Assembly (NCBI GenBank): GCA_965178125.1
Contig: OZ237736.1
Location: forward strand, 248,001-312,000
Length of the DNA stretch: 64,000 nt
Reading direction: 5' to 3'
From: Bilabrum cf. latius
Taxonomy: Eukaryota
Shown here: positions 46,601-57,497 of the stretch, piece by piece
Numbering within the stretch: the first letter of the stretch is position 1
Layout of the letters: each line of letters begins with the position of its first letter
Program-made: the position numbers and the translations under genes
The notes under the pieces: generated by a model
What the model saw: only the letters and a program-made list of their open reading frames with translations
Database searches by the model: none
What the model was told of the DNA's origin: nothing

Positions 46601-49600
46601 CAGTGACGCTATCTGGCAGACAGATGAAAACGCTCCAACTTTCAAGACGAGGCGTTAGCGCAGCAAAGAAGACTCCGGTGGCACTTGGACTGACACTGCA
46701 GGTGCGTTCAGCGCGCAAGGTCAGGATAGCGCACCGAATTCCGCAACTCTGCAGCCAGCCCCAATGCACCGCCGCCGAAGCGAAGGCATGCAGTTGTCTG
46801 GTGAGAGCTCACCCACACTGGACGTGCCAGTGGGAGCAGAACCAGCCACCACTGAGGATGCAGGCTCGGCCCGAAGCTCATCGATGTAGCTTCGGCGTCC
46901 CCTACCAGCACCCCCTGTAGCGGCCAAGAATGACTGGTCGTCTTCAAGCACGAGCTGGCAGACAAAATCGGATCATCGGAGAACATTCAACGTGTTTGTG
47001 GGTGCATATCGGGCAGCAAAGTCGTGCCTAAAGCTGCTAAGCACGATGCCGATCGACGTCACTCCGCCCATTCTGGCTCACCTCGGCCCTACGGGGATGC
47101 ATCGCCTTAGTTTGCAGCTACGTCGCATTCGTGCGGGTGCTCGAGTGGCTGCGCGACAGCTTCCCGAGTCCCAGCCAACGGAAGGCACGGCCGATTTGCT
47201 TCCATGGCCTACTTGCAGACAAGGCATCCTTCATGCCAGTGGGATCGTTCGGACACTAATTGCCACCATCTCTAGCGTTGATGCTGAAAAGGCGCGGGCG
47301 ATCGTGTCTCGCGCTACCAGTGTCGCTAACCGCACGTAGGCCCGTTCAAACGATGCACTGAAGCAGCTGGAAGCCAGAACCAGACGCCAGGAGCACGCGA
47401 GGCAGTACGTCCGCCCGCAGACCACGCTGAGAAGGAAGCGCGGATACACGCACTCGGACGCGATGGGTGGTCTCCAGCTATCGCCAACCGGTGGCAGTTC
47501 CGTAGGAAGCGGGAAAGCAGGCCGGCGCCCCGCCTTTGCCTCTGTTGGGTCCGTCGGTGACGAAGTACCTGAGGGCGTGGCAACCCGCACGGCGCCGTTC
47601 TCCTCGCTGCAGGCCGGGCTTCTGTCTACGCAGAGAGATGAATCAGACCGCAGTATGCCTACTTCTCCGGGCGGTAGCCCACACAAAGCCGATGGCCATG
47701 GGCCAGATTTCCGCGGCTTACCTGCTGTGAATGAGGACGATGACGATAGGCTACTCGATGCGGTAGCAGCAGAGGGGGGCACTGTCAATCGCGACAACTC
47801 TCACGCAAGCAGTGCTACCGTGTCAGCGGAATCATCGGACGCGACTGATCGATCACAGGATGCGCGTGTCGGAAGCAAGAAGATCGGCTCTCCGCGCCTT
47901 GCCTTTCTTGGGGTCAGCGAATTCGACAGGATGCTGGCAAGCAGCGATATAGCGACAGCGGACCCTCGTCGAGACGAGGACCCGTTAGCAGACAATGTCA
48001 ACGATGGCGATGAAAACGATCTTCAGCTGCCTGAGTCGACACGAGGAAGGGAAATACCTACGGACGCAAACGGGAATGTATCGCACGCAGATTCGATGCC
48101 CTTTGACGCAGTTGCGCCGCTCGGTAGGGAAGCGGCCCAGCTGTTCCCATTCAGGCAGCGGAAGCGTGGCAAGGGGACTTTGCTGTTCACGCTGCGTGAA
48201 GGCCACTTGCAGGAAGAGCAGGGCATAGCGAAGAGGTCGGGAAGACGGACGCGCAAGCTGAAATCAGGGCGGCCGTCTACCCCAGGGGGTGCCCTGGCAA
48301 AGAAAAGGAGAGCAATGGCCGCGTCATATGCATGGGACGAAGCAGAGGCTGGCGACGCTGCCGATCCTGGCGACCCCGGTGACCCACAGGATGCGACACC
48401 GAGCCCTGGCTCCGGCTCAACCGACTCTGGTGCTGGCGACCGGAGCAGTCCGCGGAAGCGGGGGAGGCGGAATAGGAGCGGCAAGGAGGGCGCGATTACA
48501 GAGTCAGAGTACGAGTCGGCGGACAGCGGCGGTGCGACCACGCCCGGCGGTGGTGACTCTGCAGGAGACGATGAAGGCGACGATGACACTGACAGCACGG
48601 CTGCCTCCATCACTCGCATGCACGGGGACGGTCCCAATGGGCTGGGTTCTGACCACGACTCGCTCGGGGGTGATGACGACGGCGACGACGGCGATGACGC
48701 GATCAACCGACGTGACTCGCTCAAGGTCATGACTCCACCCATCGATCGCACTGGAGATGCAGGGTCGTTCGAACCTCGTGGTTCAGAGCCATTGCCAGTG
48801 ATGCAATCCTTTGACAGGTCGAGGCAGCCATCACGGAGGGCAGTGGAGGAAGAGCTCAATGTCGCTAGCTCAGATTCGGACTCTGGGCCTGACGTGTCGG
48901 GGGGACGTGGCAGTTCTCTTGGTATCGCAATGCCGCGCAGTGGATCAGCTAACCTGCAGCGCATCCGCCTGGCGTCAGCCTCATCGGTGTCAACGCAGCA
49001 CAAGGTGGAGAAGTGGAGCAAGTACAAAGGGGCTCTCCGCAAGGCCTTGGCGATTGGGAGGTTTAGAGCCGGAGGGAAGAAACGGCGAGCAGTGTCGACG
49101 ATCGAAGGCGCGTCGGGCAGCGGTACAGACCAGTCATTGCACGGCAGCGTTGGCGCGGGCGGCCCTGCAGTATCGCTAAGACTGTAGGAGATCGCGTATC
49201 GCGGTCGTGCTGACAGCACTGACAGCTTTGGGTCGTTTGCTGATTTAGAGAGCCACGGGGACGCGAATCAGTTCGGCTCTGTTTCTTCCATGCACCGCGG
49301 CGGCAGTGCAGGTGCGGAAAATGCCCGGGGTCCGTTTATGTCGCACCCGTCCCGAACCCACTCATTGGGCCGAATCAAAGAGACGCTGCTGCTCGGAGGG
49401 TCTAACGCGCAACCAGCAGCGCCCGTAGAAACAACGGGAGCTGGTGTCGACGCAGCCACCAACGGACCAGCGCTGATGCGTAACGGCAGCTTCTCCTCCC
49501 GCGCAATGAACAGGGAGCGGCGTGGCTCCAGGCTGAAAAATCTGGCCGCCACAGCCAATGAGATCGCGAGGCCGCCTAGTGCAGCACGGCTGAGCTCTCT

Positions 49601-52600
49601 CGAGAGTTTCGGTGATGCTAGCAGTATTGCTAGCTCGGCCTCCTCCTCGGCATCCATCGGGCGCTTGCCGAGACGGGTCAGCGAGATGCCAGGTAGCGAT
49701 GACAGGGATGCGGCCGTGACGATTGCGCAGCTGCAGATGAACTAGCCTGATCCCTCACGGGGTGAACCTGCTTCGGGATAGGCTGCCGGAGACCCCGGTA
49801 GTGCTCCGCCCCAAGGAAGCATGGAGCTTCCCCAATTCGAAGACGGCAGGCACAGGCAATCGTTCCAGAGCGCGGCCTCCGATGCTTGGGAGCAGGTCAG
49901 CAGACACGCTCCGACCACAACGCGGCTATCGGATCAGGCTGTGATCTCAATCTGGGTGGCTTCGGGCACGGTCGCCGCCCTGTGCGCGGCCACGTACGAT
50001 GCAGCCACTTTCATCTCGAAGGAGGTGGCGGCTGCGATGGATCCAGACGCCTGGTCGGATGCGGTGGAGAGGGCAGAGAAACAGCACATGTCTGGGGCGC
50101 TCGTGCGTGGAGTGCAGTACGATGACCTGCGCTGGGCCCACGAGGAGCAAGAGCTTTCGCAGATCGTGGCGCGGGCAGAGCTGGGCCGCATGCGCAGAGA
50201 TCGCAACAGGGCGGCAGTGGCGAATTCTGGTGCTGCCAACATCCCGCCAGCGGGGTCGATTCTTGGTGTTGGTCCCAGCCTTGACCGCGTCGGTGGCGGC
50301 ATGGCGCACGACTCGGAAGTTGTGGAAGTGTCCGGGGCCCGGAGTGGCAGCGACGGCTTGCAGATCTAGTCCAGGTCGCGACTGACTTCTGACCTGGGGC
50401 CCAGCACACCCCAAGCAGGCGAGCTGACCGGGGGATCCAGCGCGCCAAAACTGACGAGAGCGCGATCCATTTCGGACCATACGTCGTCGGCTGATACGGA
50501 CAAGCTGCGCCGAGAGGTGCAGGAGAGGGCGGCAGCACGTGGTCCGCTGCGCCCGGCACCTCGGATGCTTGCTAGAGCTGACGCTGCCAACCTCATGGAT
50601 GCTCCGGGCAAGTTCAGGCTCCTTCGGTCCGTCCGGGTTGCTGAGAGGTGCGCGGTGCATAGGACGCGCGCCACCACTCAGCACGAGCTCGCGCTGTTCA
50701 TGCCTCGTCGGTGGTTCAGCAGGGCCATACTGGGTCCTGCTCTCGACTTGCAGCGAGTATCTGTGTCTGACAAGGCTGCGGTTCTGCTGCAGGGAGTTGC
50801 CGAGAACCTGCTGATCCGACTAGTTCGACTGGCGCGGCGGCTCAGCGAGCATCACTCAGTCCATCCAGCCACGGAGCGACGGCTGGAGCCGGGGGACCTT
50901 AGGCTGGTATGTGCCATGAGGCTGGGGTGGCACCACGGAGATGCGACGGTGGACACGGGTCTGGCTGGCGGTGCTGGCGGGGGCGTCGCGCGGTCGTAGC
51001 AGGTTTGGTCCGCGCAGGGCAAGCAGAGGCAGGCCGTGTCCCGGGACAGCTCGTACACCACGAGAGGAGGCCTCAATGCCCGAGGTGGCTTCCCTAGGTC
51101 TCGAGGAGACGAGTCCAACTTCGAGGAGATGCAGAACGTGATCCCCAGGGCCCTTCCTGTGGTTCCGTACCTGCCGACCAATAACGCCCCCTTGCGAGCG
51201 AATGGGCATAGGCTCTTGGTGGCAGCGCACACGGCACTGCTGCAAGGGCGACAGAAGGTCCGAGATCTCAACGGATAGCCCAAAGACCCGGAGCAGGTCA
51301 TGCTAGAGGAGGCAGCGGTGTCTAGACTAGAGCGATTGCACGTTTCGCTCAGGTCTGCTTCTCTCGTGAAAGGCGTCGGCCGTGGCAGCATCAAGCAAAG
51401 CGACTCTACCGACGTCCGGGCCGCGTTAGGGCTCAAGGACTACAGGTCTTCGCCAAGCCAGCCAGCGAATTCGAATCCGTGTCCCGCAGCAGAGATTGGG
51501 GGTCTAATCATCGTGTCGGCGCTGCCCGTGGCGGTCTTGCAGCTCCCCGGCTTCCGCGGAGGCCCCCCTCCTCCACCCAAGCTGTACTCTAAATCGGGCC
51601 TTGCTGATGCCGAGAGCGTGCTTCACGTCAGTCGCGCACTTACTGCTTTCAATAGGCCCCCGATGGGATCGCCTGCCCGTTCGGAGGGTCAGTACGACAG
51701 CGACGGGGGCGCCCCCGTCACGCGGGACGAGAACATGGCCTCTGCGCTGCAAGGCATTGCGCTTGCCAGCTGGCTGAGGCGGGGCAGTACAGGGGTCGAC
51801 TCAGTGCACGGGGGCAGCGGATTTTCCACAGGGTCGTCGTGCGGTGCACTGTTGAACGCGTGCGTGAGGACGAGGAGCGAGCCAGGAGACGCGTAGTACA
51901 ACGACGTCCGGAAAGCGCTCTCTGTGATCCAGCTGTAGCAGAGCGATGGGTCGCCAACGGCGATAAGAAGCGGTCCGGAAGGCCAGGTGGAAGTGGACAG
52001 TTTCACCGACAGCGAATCTGACGACTCGCGAGGACAGGATGGAGACAACTTAGTCTAGTCGGTCAGCCCCGACGGTAGGGCGCCAGCAGACACCGCACAT
52101 AGCACGCCTGCTGATTCCGCAGCCCAAACGCTCACAACAGTTCGCAGCGCCAGAGAGGAAGCATCCCTTGCAGGTGCATCAGGTGATGCGAGGGATGGCA
52201 AGCACGGGCAGGAGCTGGTCAGAGCTGTGCTCCCAGCGACCTCGCTTGGGTGTCAGGCCAGTGAAGAGGCGGCAGAGACCCACGACGTGATGCTGCTTTG
52301 TGAGGCGCTGCACCTAGGAGGCGTCGGTGGTCACACAATGCACTGCCGAGGACTGCTCCGCAGCCATAGCGGCGGTCAATGGCAGCAGCAGACCCCGCAG
52401 AATGGCGGGGGCGAGACTGCAAGTGCCGCGCAGTGGACCGAGGCATCGTGGAACGACGATGCAGGCGAGGCTGCGTTCGGCACAAGGTCCACGGCGGGCA
52501 CTCTGCACGAAGACGACGCGGAGGAAGAGGAGGAGAGGCAATCAAGGAACAGGAGGGGGCGGCTGTCCTCCAGCGCGGTGGACCACGAGCAGAGCGGGGT

Positions 52601-53663
52601 GCCTCCCAGCCTTGACATCGACACGGACGTCGCTGACTTTGACGAGGGAATTCGGGGAGGCCCGAGCCAGGGCAAGGTCAGGATCTCCTCGGACGTCGTG
52701 TACCGGGATATCTCTCCTCGCAGGGAACAAGAGGACGTGGATCACGAGCCGCTCGCTGTGCTGCTGCGACCAATAGTGATGCAGGCCGCTCTGACATCAG
52801 CTGCCGTCAGGCTGACGCCAAGGGGGTGCGTGGAAGCGGCGCAGGACGGTCGCAAGGGGTTCTCACCCACGGAGCAGGTCTGCAGCAGCCCGATGCTGGT
52901 GATGTACCACTGGGCCTGCGGATGGCACGGTGACCACGCGTCGCGATGGTGGCAATCGTCACACCCCTGTCTGCCGTCTGTTGTTCCCCGACCCCTCGCA
53001 AGCCCGAGGCTCTCTCCCGAGGTGTCCTCTTTGCACGCGAGCCACGCCGGCATGGTGACTCTGGGCGCGGCGCCGGTTCCGCAAGGGATGGCTCCACCCG
53101 CAGTGCCCAGCAGGACGCGACTGGGAAGCGTTGAATCCGCGGAGGGCGCGGAGGAGGAGGAGGAAGGGGGGCCGGAGGTGGACGACAGAGCGCCACCTGG
53201 CAGCGGCGCGGCGGGCCGGCGCGCGGGGCTCGGGGTGGGATTCGTGGCACCACCACGCCCTGCCCGGGGCGATGGCGGTGCAGGAGCAGGTGCTGGAGGT
53301 GCTCTGGAGTCGCCTGCGTCGTCTGGCTCCGGATCCTCCGCGTCGCCGTCCAGTGCCGTGGGGCAATCTGTTGCCCAGGCGAGCCTGAGCCCAGGGGCTG
53401 TGTCTCTGCTGTGCGAGGCTGCGAGCGCGCGCGCTTTTCGGCTGTTGCGGGCCGCGCGGATTGTGGCGCGGCATCAGGCGGGCAGGGTGCAACCGAGTGG
53501 GGAAGGTTCGCCGGGTTCGTCGGCGTCGCAGGGGGACAGGATCGAGCAGTGGTGCGTAAGCGCCGCGTCTGTTGACCTGGCTGCAGTAATTTCGCTGTAG
53601 CCGACGTGGGATGCGGAGGGTGAAGAGGTCTGGAAAGAGGGCAGGGGAACAAGAGCCTGGTGA
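37644..53663 (+). CDS. Giant (~5280 aa) largely disordered protein with several histone-fold-like segments and an internal tandem repeat; one intron at 39867-40028; ~37 in-frame TAG
   Basis: All ORF pieces from 37671 to 53600 are in one frame, linked through TAG only. The single TGA (39882) lies in a predicted phase-0 intron ATG|GTGAGG...TCGCAG|CAA. Terminal TGA at 53661. Start is 37644 or 37671. Confidence 0.8.
39867..40028 (+). other. Predicted spliceosomal intron (162 bp)
   Basis: GTGAGG donor, T-rich body and ttctcgcag acceptor. Removal eliminates the only TGA and keeps the frame. Confidence 0.65.
43420..45050 (+). repeat. Coding minisatellite, ~18 units of 87 or 93 bp encoding (GAGAGAGGGLGLSIRAPGRDAGPAPSAST)n
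   Basis: The core ggtctgtcgatccgcgctcccggccgggatgcgggcccggcgccgtctgcaagcacag recurs, and unit lengths are multiples of 3. Confidence 0.95.
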
Positions 53664-53773
53664 ACGCAACAGGCGCCATTTGTAGCACGGAGAGATCCAT
53701 GGATCGGATCAAATCCTTTTTAAAGTTCCGGGTTGCTTCCGTCAGTCGCCAGACAACGCACTCTTATTCAAAT

Positions 53774-55696
53774 ATGACTAACGTTGGAGAGTATGCAGCA
53801 TCTGCTGCAGTTGCTGTATTTCAATTCGGGCTGTTCGGCCTAGTTGGAGCCGTTTTCGGCGTGTTTCCGCGCCCGGAGGGCCTACTAACGTAGGCTCGGC
53901 TCAAGGCATTGTCGAATCTCACATTGTATTTGTTCTTTCCGTCCTTTTTACTGGCAACGCTGGGATCCACGGTCACAACGGAGATTCTACTTAGCTCTGT
54001 AGCTATGATTATTTGGGCGATAGTCCACCTAATCCTCGGATTAGGTCTCGCCTACTGCATATCGTCGCTAATTGCGGTTCCAGAACACTTGAGGGCAGCA
54101 TGGATGCTAGCTGCAACATTCCAAAATGCTGGGAGCATGCCTCTGCTCCTGTTGCTGCCTCTCACTGCTTCGCCCGAGTTTGCTCGATACGCGCAGCAGC
54201 AGGCGGATGAAGCCAATGCGCGGCGAGCGGATGGTGAAGCCATGCAAGAGCCGGACTCTGCGGAAGATATGTATGCTAGAGCAACCACATATATTTTCCT
54301 GTATACAATCATATGGCAGAGCGTGTTTTGGGGCATCGGTTACAGATTTGCGGAGCATGATGCGATACTCCAGCAAGCCAACATTGCACAGCAACAAGCC
54401 CTGACCGATGGACATGGCCGAGACATGCATAACGAGGTAGCCACAGGGGCTAGATCTGCGAATGACGTAGCTGTTGTGGAGCTATCGAGCCGCTCAGATG
54501 GTGCTGGGCATCACGCGCCAGGGGAGATGAGAGAGCGCTAGCTGGGAGGACGCGGAGGCCCAGGCTCGTCTGATCAAAATGCAACTGCCAGCAGTAGTGG
54601 CGGTGTTCTGAATGACAATACACTACCAAATAGTGGCATCGCGCATGAAATCACTCGGTCTGAGTCCAGGGTGCCCCTTCGAGAATCGAACTCCGGGACC
54701 CACCTGGCGTCCTCGGGGCGAGCAGCAAACGTTGCCAGTGGGTTGGAGATAGGGACCCCCACCGAATCAGCTAGACTCAGGGGCGAAGCTCCGACTCAAG
54801 TCGAAGTTGATGGCGCCGAGCAACAGCAGGGAGGTAGCCGCCAGGACCATCCCGGTGACCCCACAGGTGGGGCTGGTGGGGCTGCAGCAAGAGGAGGATT
54901 CTCTTCACATACGTAGGCATCGGCCGGGCCAGTGCCAACTCAGGAACAAGGGAAGTCGGGCGGAGCCAGGCAAAACGCATAGCAAGTCGCAGGTGATGCC
55001 TAGAGCGGGCTCTGTGGCTCGTGTCTGTCCACCATGCAGAAAGCGCTCCTCACGCCGCCAGTGGTAGCAGTGGCCGGAGGCATCACGATAGGATTGATCA
55101 CGCCCCTAAGCTCGGCTCTTTTCGAGGACGGCGGGTCGCTGAAGATTTTCGGCGACGTGATGATTATTGTGGGTCAGCCCGCCATCCCTGCTTCCAACGT
55201 GGTTCTTGCAGGAAGCGTGTACCACGGGATTGTGGCAGCCTCGAATGCCCTTGGCTGCGGGCCGTGGGTGCGCAAAGCGTGGCAATCATGCTGCTTCACG
55301 CGAGAATTGGCACGCACATCAAGTGAAAGTGATACAGATAGTAATGAGAAGGAAAAGGAGAAGATCCACCCGCAGCTGTTCTTGGCGGGCAGCGTGCTGT
55401 GCGCGTGGAGGCTGCTCGGGTTCCCGGCGATCGCACTGGGGCTGTACTACCTAGCTAGCTTAGCAAATTCTGGTCTGCTAGGGGCCTCCAATGACACGGA
55501 TCCTGTGCTCCGCATGGTGATCGTTACACTTGGGTCTGTGCCCAGCGCTTAGTTCTGCCTGATGGCTTGCTCGCAGCTAGGTCTCGCAAGGGCATCGGCA
55601 GAGCTGGCGCTGGTGTACGCCGCGATGTATCCGATGAGCCTTCTGACGCTCATGCTGTTTCTCACGCTTGGGATGCTGCTAGTGTTCGGGTCGTGA
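53774..55696 (+). CDS. Auxin-efflux-carrier / PILS-like membrane transporter, 640 aa with 6 in-frame TAG
   Basis: Motifs LSNLTLYLFFPSFLLATLG, ATFQNAGSMPLLLL, LLTPPVVAVAGGITIGLITPL, GQPAIPASNVVLAGS and VPSA*FCLMACSQLG. Two transmembrane bundles separated by a long loop; ends at TGA. Confidence 0.88.
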
Positions 55697-55921
55697 TTGT
55701 CTGTATCCCCATGATGCGGGAAGGGGGGAGCTGGACCCTCCTACGTCCGAAAGCAACTTAGTGTCTGGCACTTCGCTGTATCCTGTCTCAATCGTATCGG
55801 TAGCTGGCCCAGCCATGTCGCCATTGACCCAATCTCTGCCCTTAAATATGGCTAAATCGAATCCGTCGGGTGGCTGACGCTAGTTTGGGTTTGAACCGCA
55901 TTGGATAGGCTTGGCTTGCTA

Positions 55922-56427
55922 TAGTTGGTGAGGCCAGCAAGGTCTCTGAGATTGAGGCCGCGCGGTGGGCGCAGGACCCGCTCGAGGTGCAAGATCAGAT
56001 GCGATGTAGCGACGCGGACGAGAGAGAGCGCGGTTAATGAGACAAGGTAAGTGATGAAGAACAGGAGCGGCGGCGGCTAGGGGTGGGCGAGAGGGGGGTT
56101 GAGAGCGGAGTAGAGAGGGTGGTGATGGTTCACCAAGCGGGTAAAGGAGCAGTGGAAGAGAGGATGACTGCTGGGGTCTTCGAGTTGATACGGCGGATTG
56201 GAGGGGGGGGGCACAGGCCGGGCAGGTAGAGGTACGGGCGTGTGGATGACGAGTGACTCGGATCAGGGGATCGGATCACCCGACCACATGCGAATGAGGA
56301 AGTTGGGAGGTCTCAATTAGACTTGAGCGGCAATCAAGACGCATGCTATTCGGGCGCTGAGGGGCAGCGCTCGCCAGTTTCTGCGTGACTGTCTACGAGA
56401 TTAGGGTGCTGTACAACGTGTGATCTC
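55922..56427 (+). repeat. Second copy of the TIR element's internal sequence, without the retrotransposon insertion
   Basis: Similar to 22492-22602 joined directly to ~25221-25767 across a GAGAGAG tract. Confidence 0.85.
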
Positions 56428-56547
56428 AGATGGTGAGGAGGTGGAACCTCTTCAGGAACAAAGCTGGCCGTCGGTGACCTTGGGCATGCAGTGTTCCAGA
56501 GGATCCCTGTTCAGCTGATTGACCCCGGGCATGAAAACCCCGAACTC

Positions 56548-56967
56548 TCACTTGTACTCCCAGTCGCCCCAAGTGTCCTTGAGCGGATCAGCCCTCTCGT
56601 GCTGCGCGATCACTGTCGCCTAGTTCGAGTGCGCGCGGATCGCGTGCCCCTCGGAACAGTGCTCCTCCTATGCCTGGGGGCCCTTGAACTTCAGCTTTCT
56701 CTCATCGGACAGGTCCTTGTTCTGCGGCTTGATCTGCTGCTAGAGCTTGACGATGTCGCGGAAGTCGTTCATACGATTATGCAGAAGCGGGGATTTTCGT
56801 TCGATGAACGACTTCATCAAGTGCTGGGATGCACTCGAAGCATGCGGTTCATGCCTGGGCACGCGTTTGATGGAACCGTGTGCGTTGCTCCCTGCATCGC
56901 CGCCTTGGCCCTATCCTCTCAGCTTGCACGTGCAGGTCCTGGCCGACCTTCCGTGCGCCCCGTCCAT
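56548..56967 (-). CDS. Hypothetical ORF visible only with TAG as sense (4 TAG)
   Basis: ...MKSFIERKSPLLHNRMNDFRDIVKL*QQIKPQNKDLSDERKLKF...DTWGDWEYK(TGA). No recognisable family. Confidence 0.3.
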
Positions 56968-57218
56968 CCACCCGCCTGTTGGCCCTCTGCGCGCTGCTGG
57001 CCATGCAGCCCGCTGCACTCGCGTCTCCCATGTGCATGGCACCTAGAGTCCCCATTCCTCCCGTTGTGTTCTCCCTGTTGACACCGCACTGTCGTCGCCT
57101 GTGCCGGTGTCCCCCTCTTCTTCTCCACCTCCTGTCCTCCTGCACCCACCTCGTCTTCCATCTCACCTCTGCTCCCCGTTGTTTCAATCCTGATGTCCGA
57201 GTACATATTCGTATAACA

Positions 57219-57361
57219 GAGTCAACTCAAAGCGAACGCTATCAATAAGAAACATCTGGAACAAGGGCCCGGGACCTACCAGACTTCACGCTTCAGTTGC
57301 AATGGCCTAAATCACCTAAGCTCCACCCTGAGGACCCATTTCCCCCTGGGGAGCGTCAGCG
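57219..57361 (-). repeat. LINE 3'-end fragment, same family as 4070-4212
   Basis: Near-identical ~140-bp block aagaaacatctggaac...ggggagcgtcagcg. Confidence 0.85.
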
Positions 57362-57497
57362 AAGCGGGGGCTGACCGCTAGTCTGCAACCGCCGGCGAGC
57401 CAGGTAGATCAATACAGATCTGCCACGCGATCAAACAATGATACGCTGCAGTTATTTGAAGCTAAAGCGGCGTATTGACATATATCTTGGGTAATAA

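Noticed and set aside
4535-55696. Interpretation as a cluster of pseudogenes or many small adjacent genes
   Set aside because: Interruptions are exclusively TAG, with no frameshifts and intact catalytic motifs. True relics in the window show TAA, TGA and frameshifts.
4535-55696. Ciliate-type code (UAA and UAG both Gln)
   Set aside because: There is no internal TAA in intact genes despite abundant CAA and TAG. In-frame TAA occurs only at gene ends or in decayed elements.
4535-55696. Pyrrolysine or programmed read-through at UAG
   Set aside because: There are too many sites in unrelated genes, no shared downstream context was noticed, and the conserved sites correspond to Gln.
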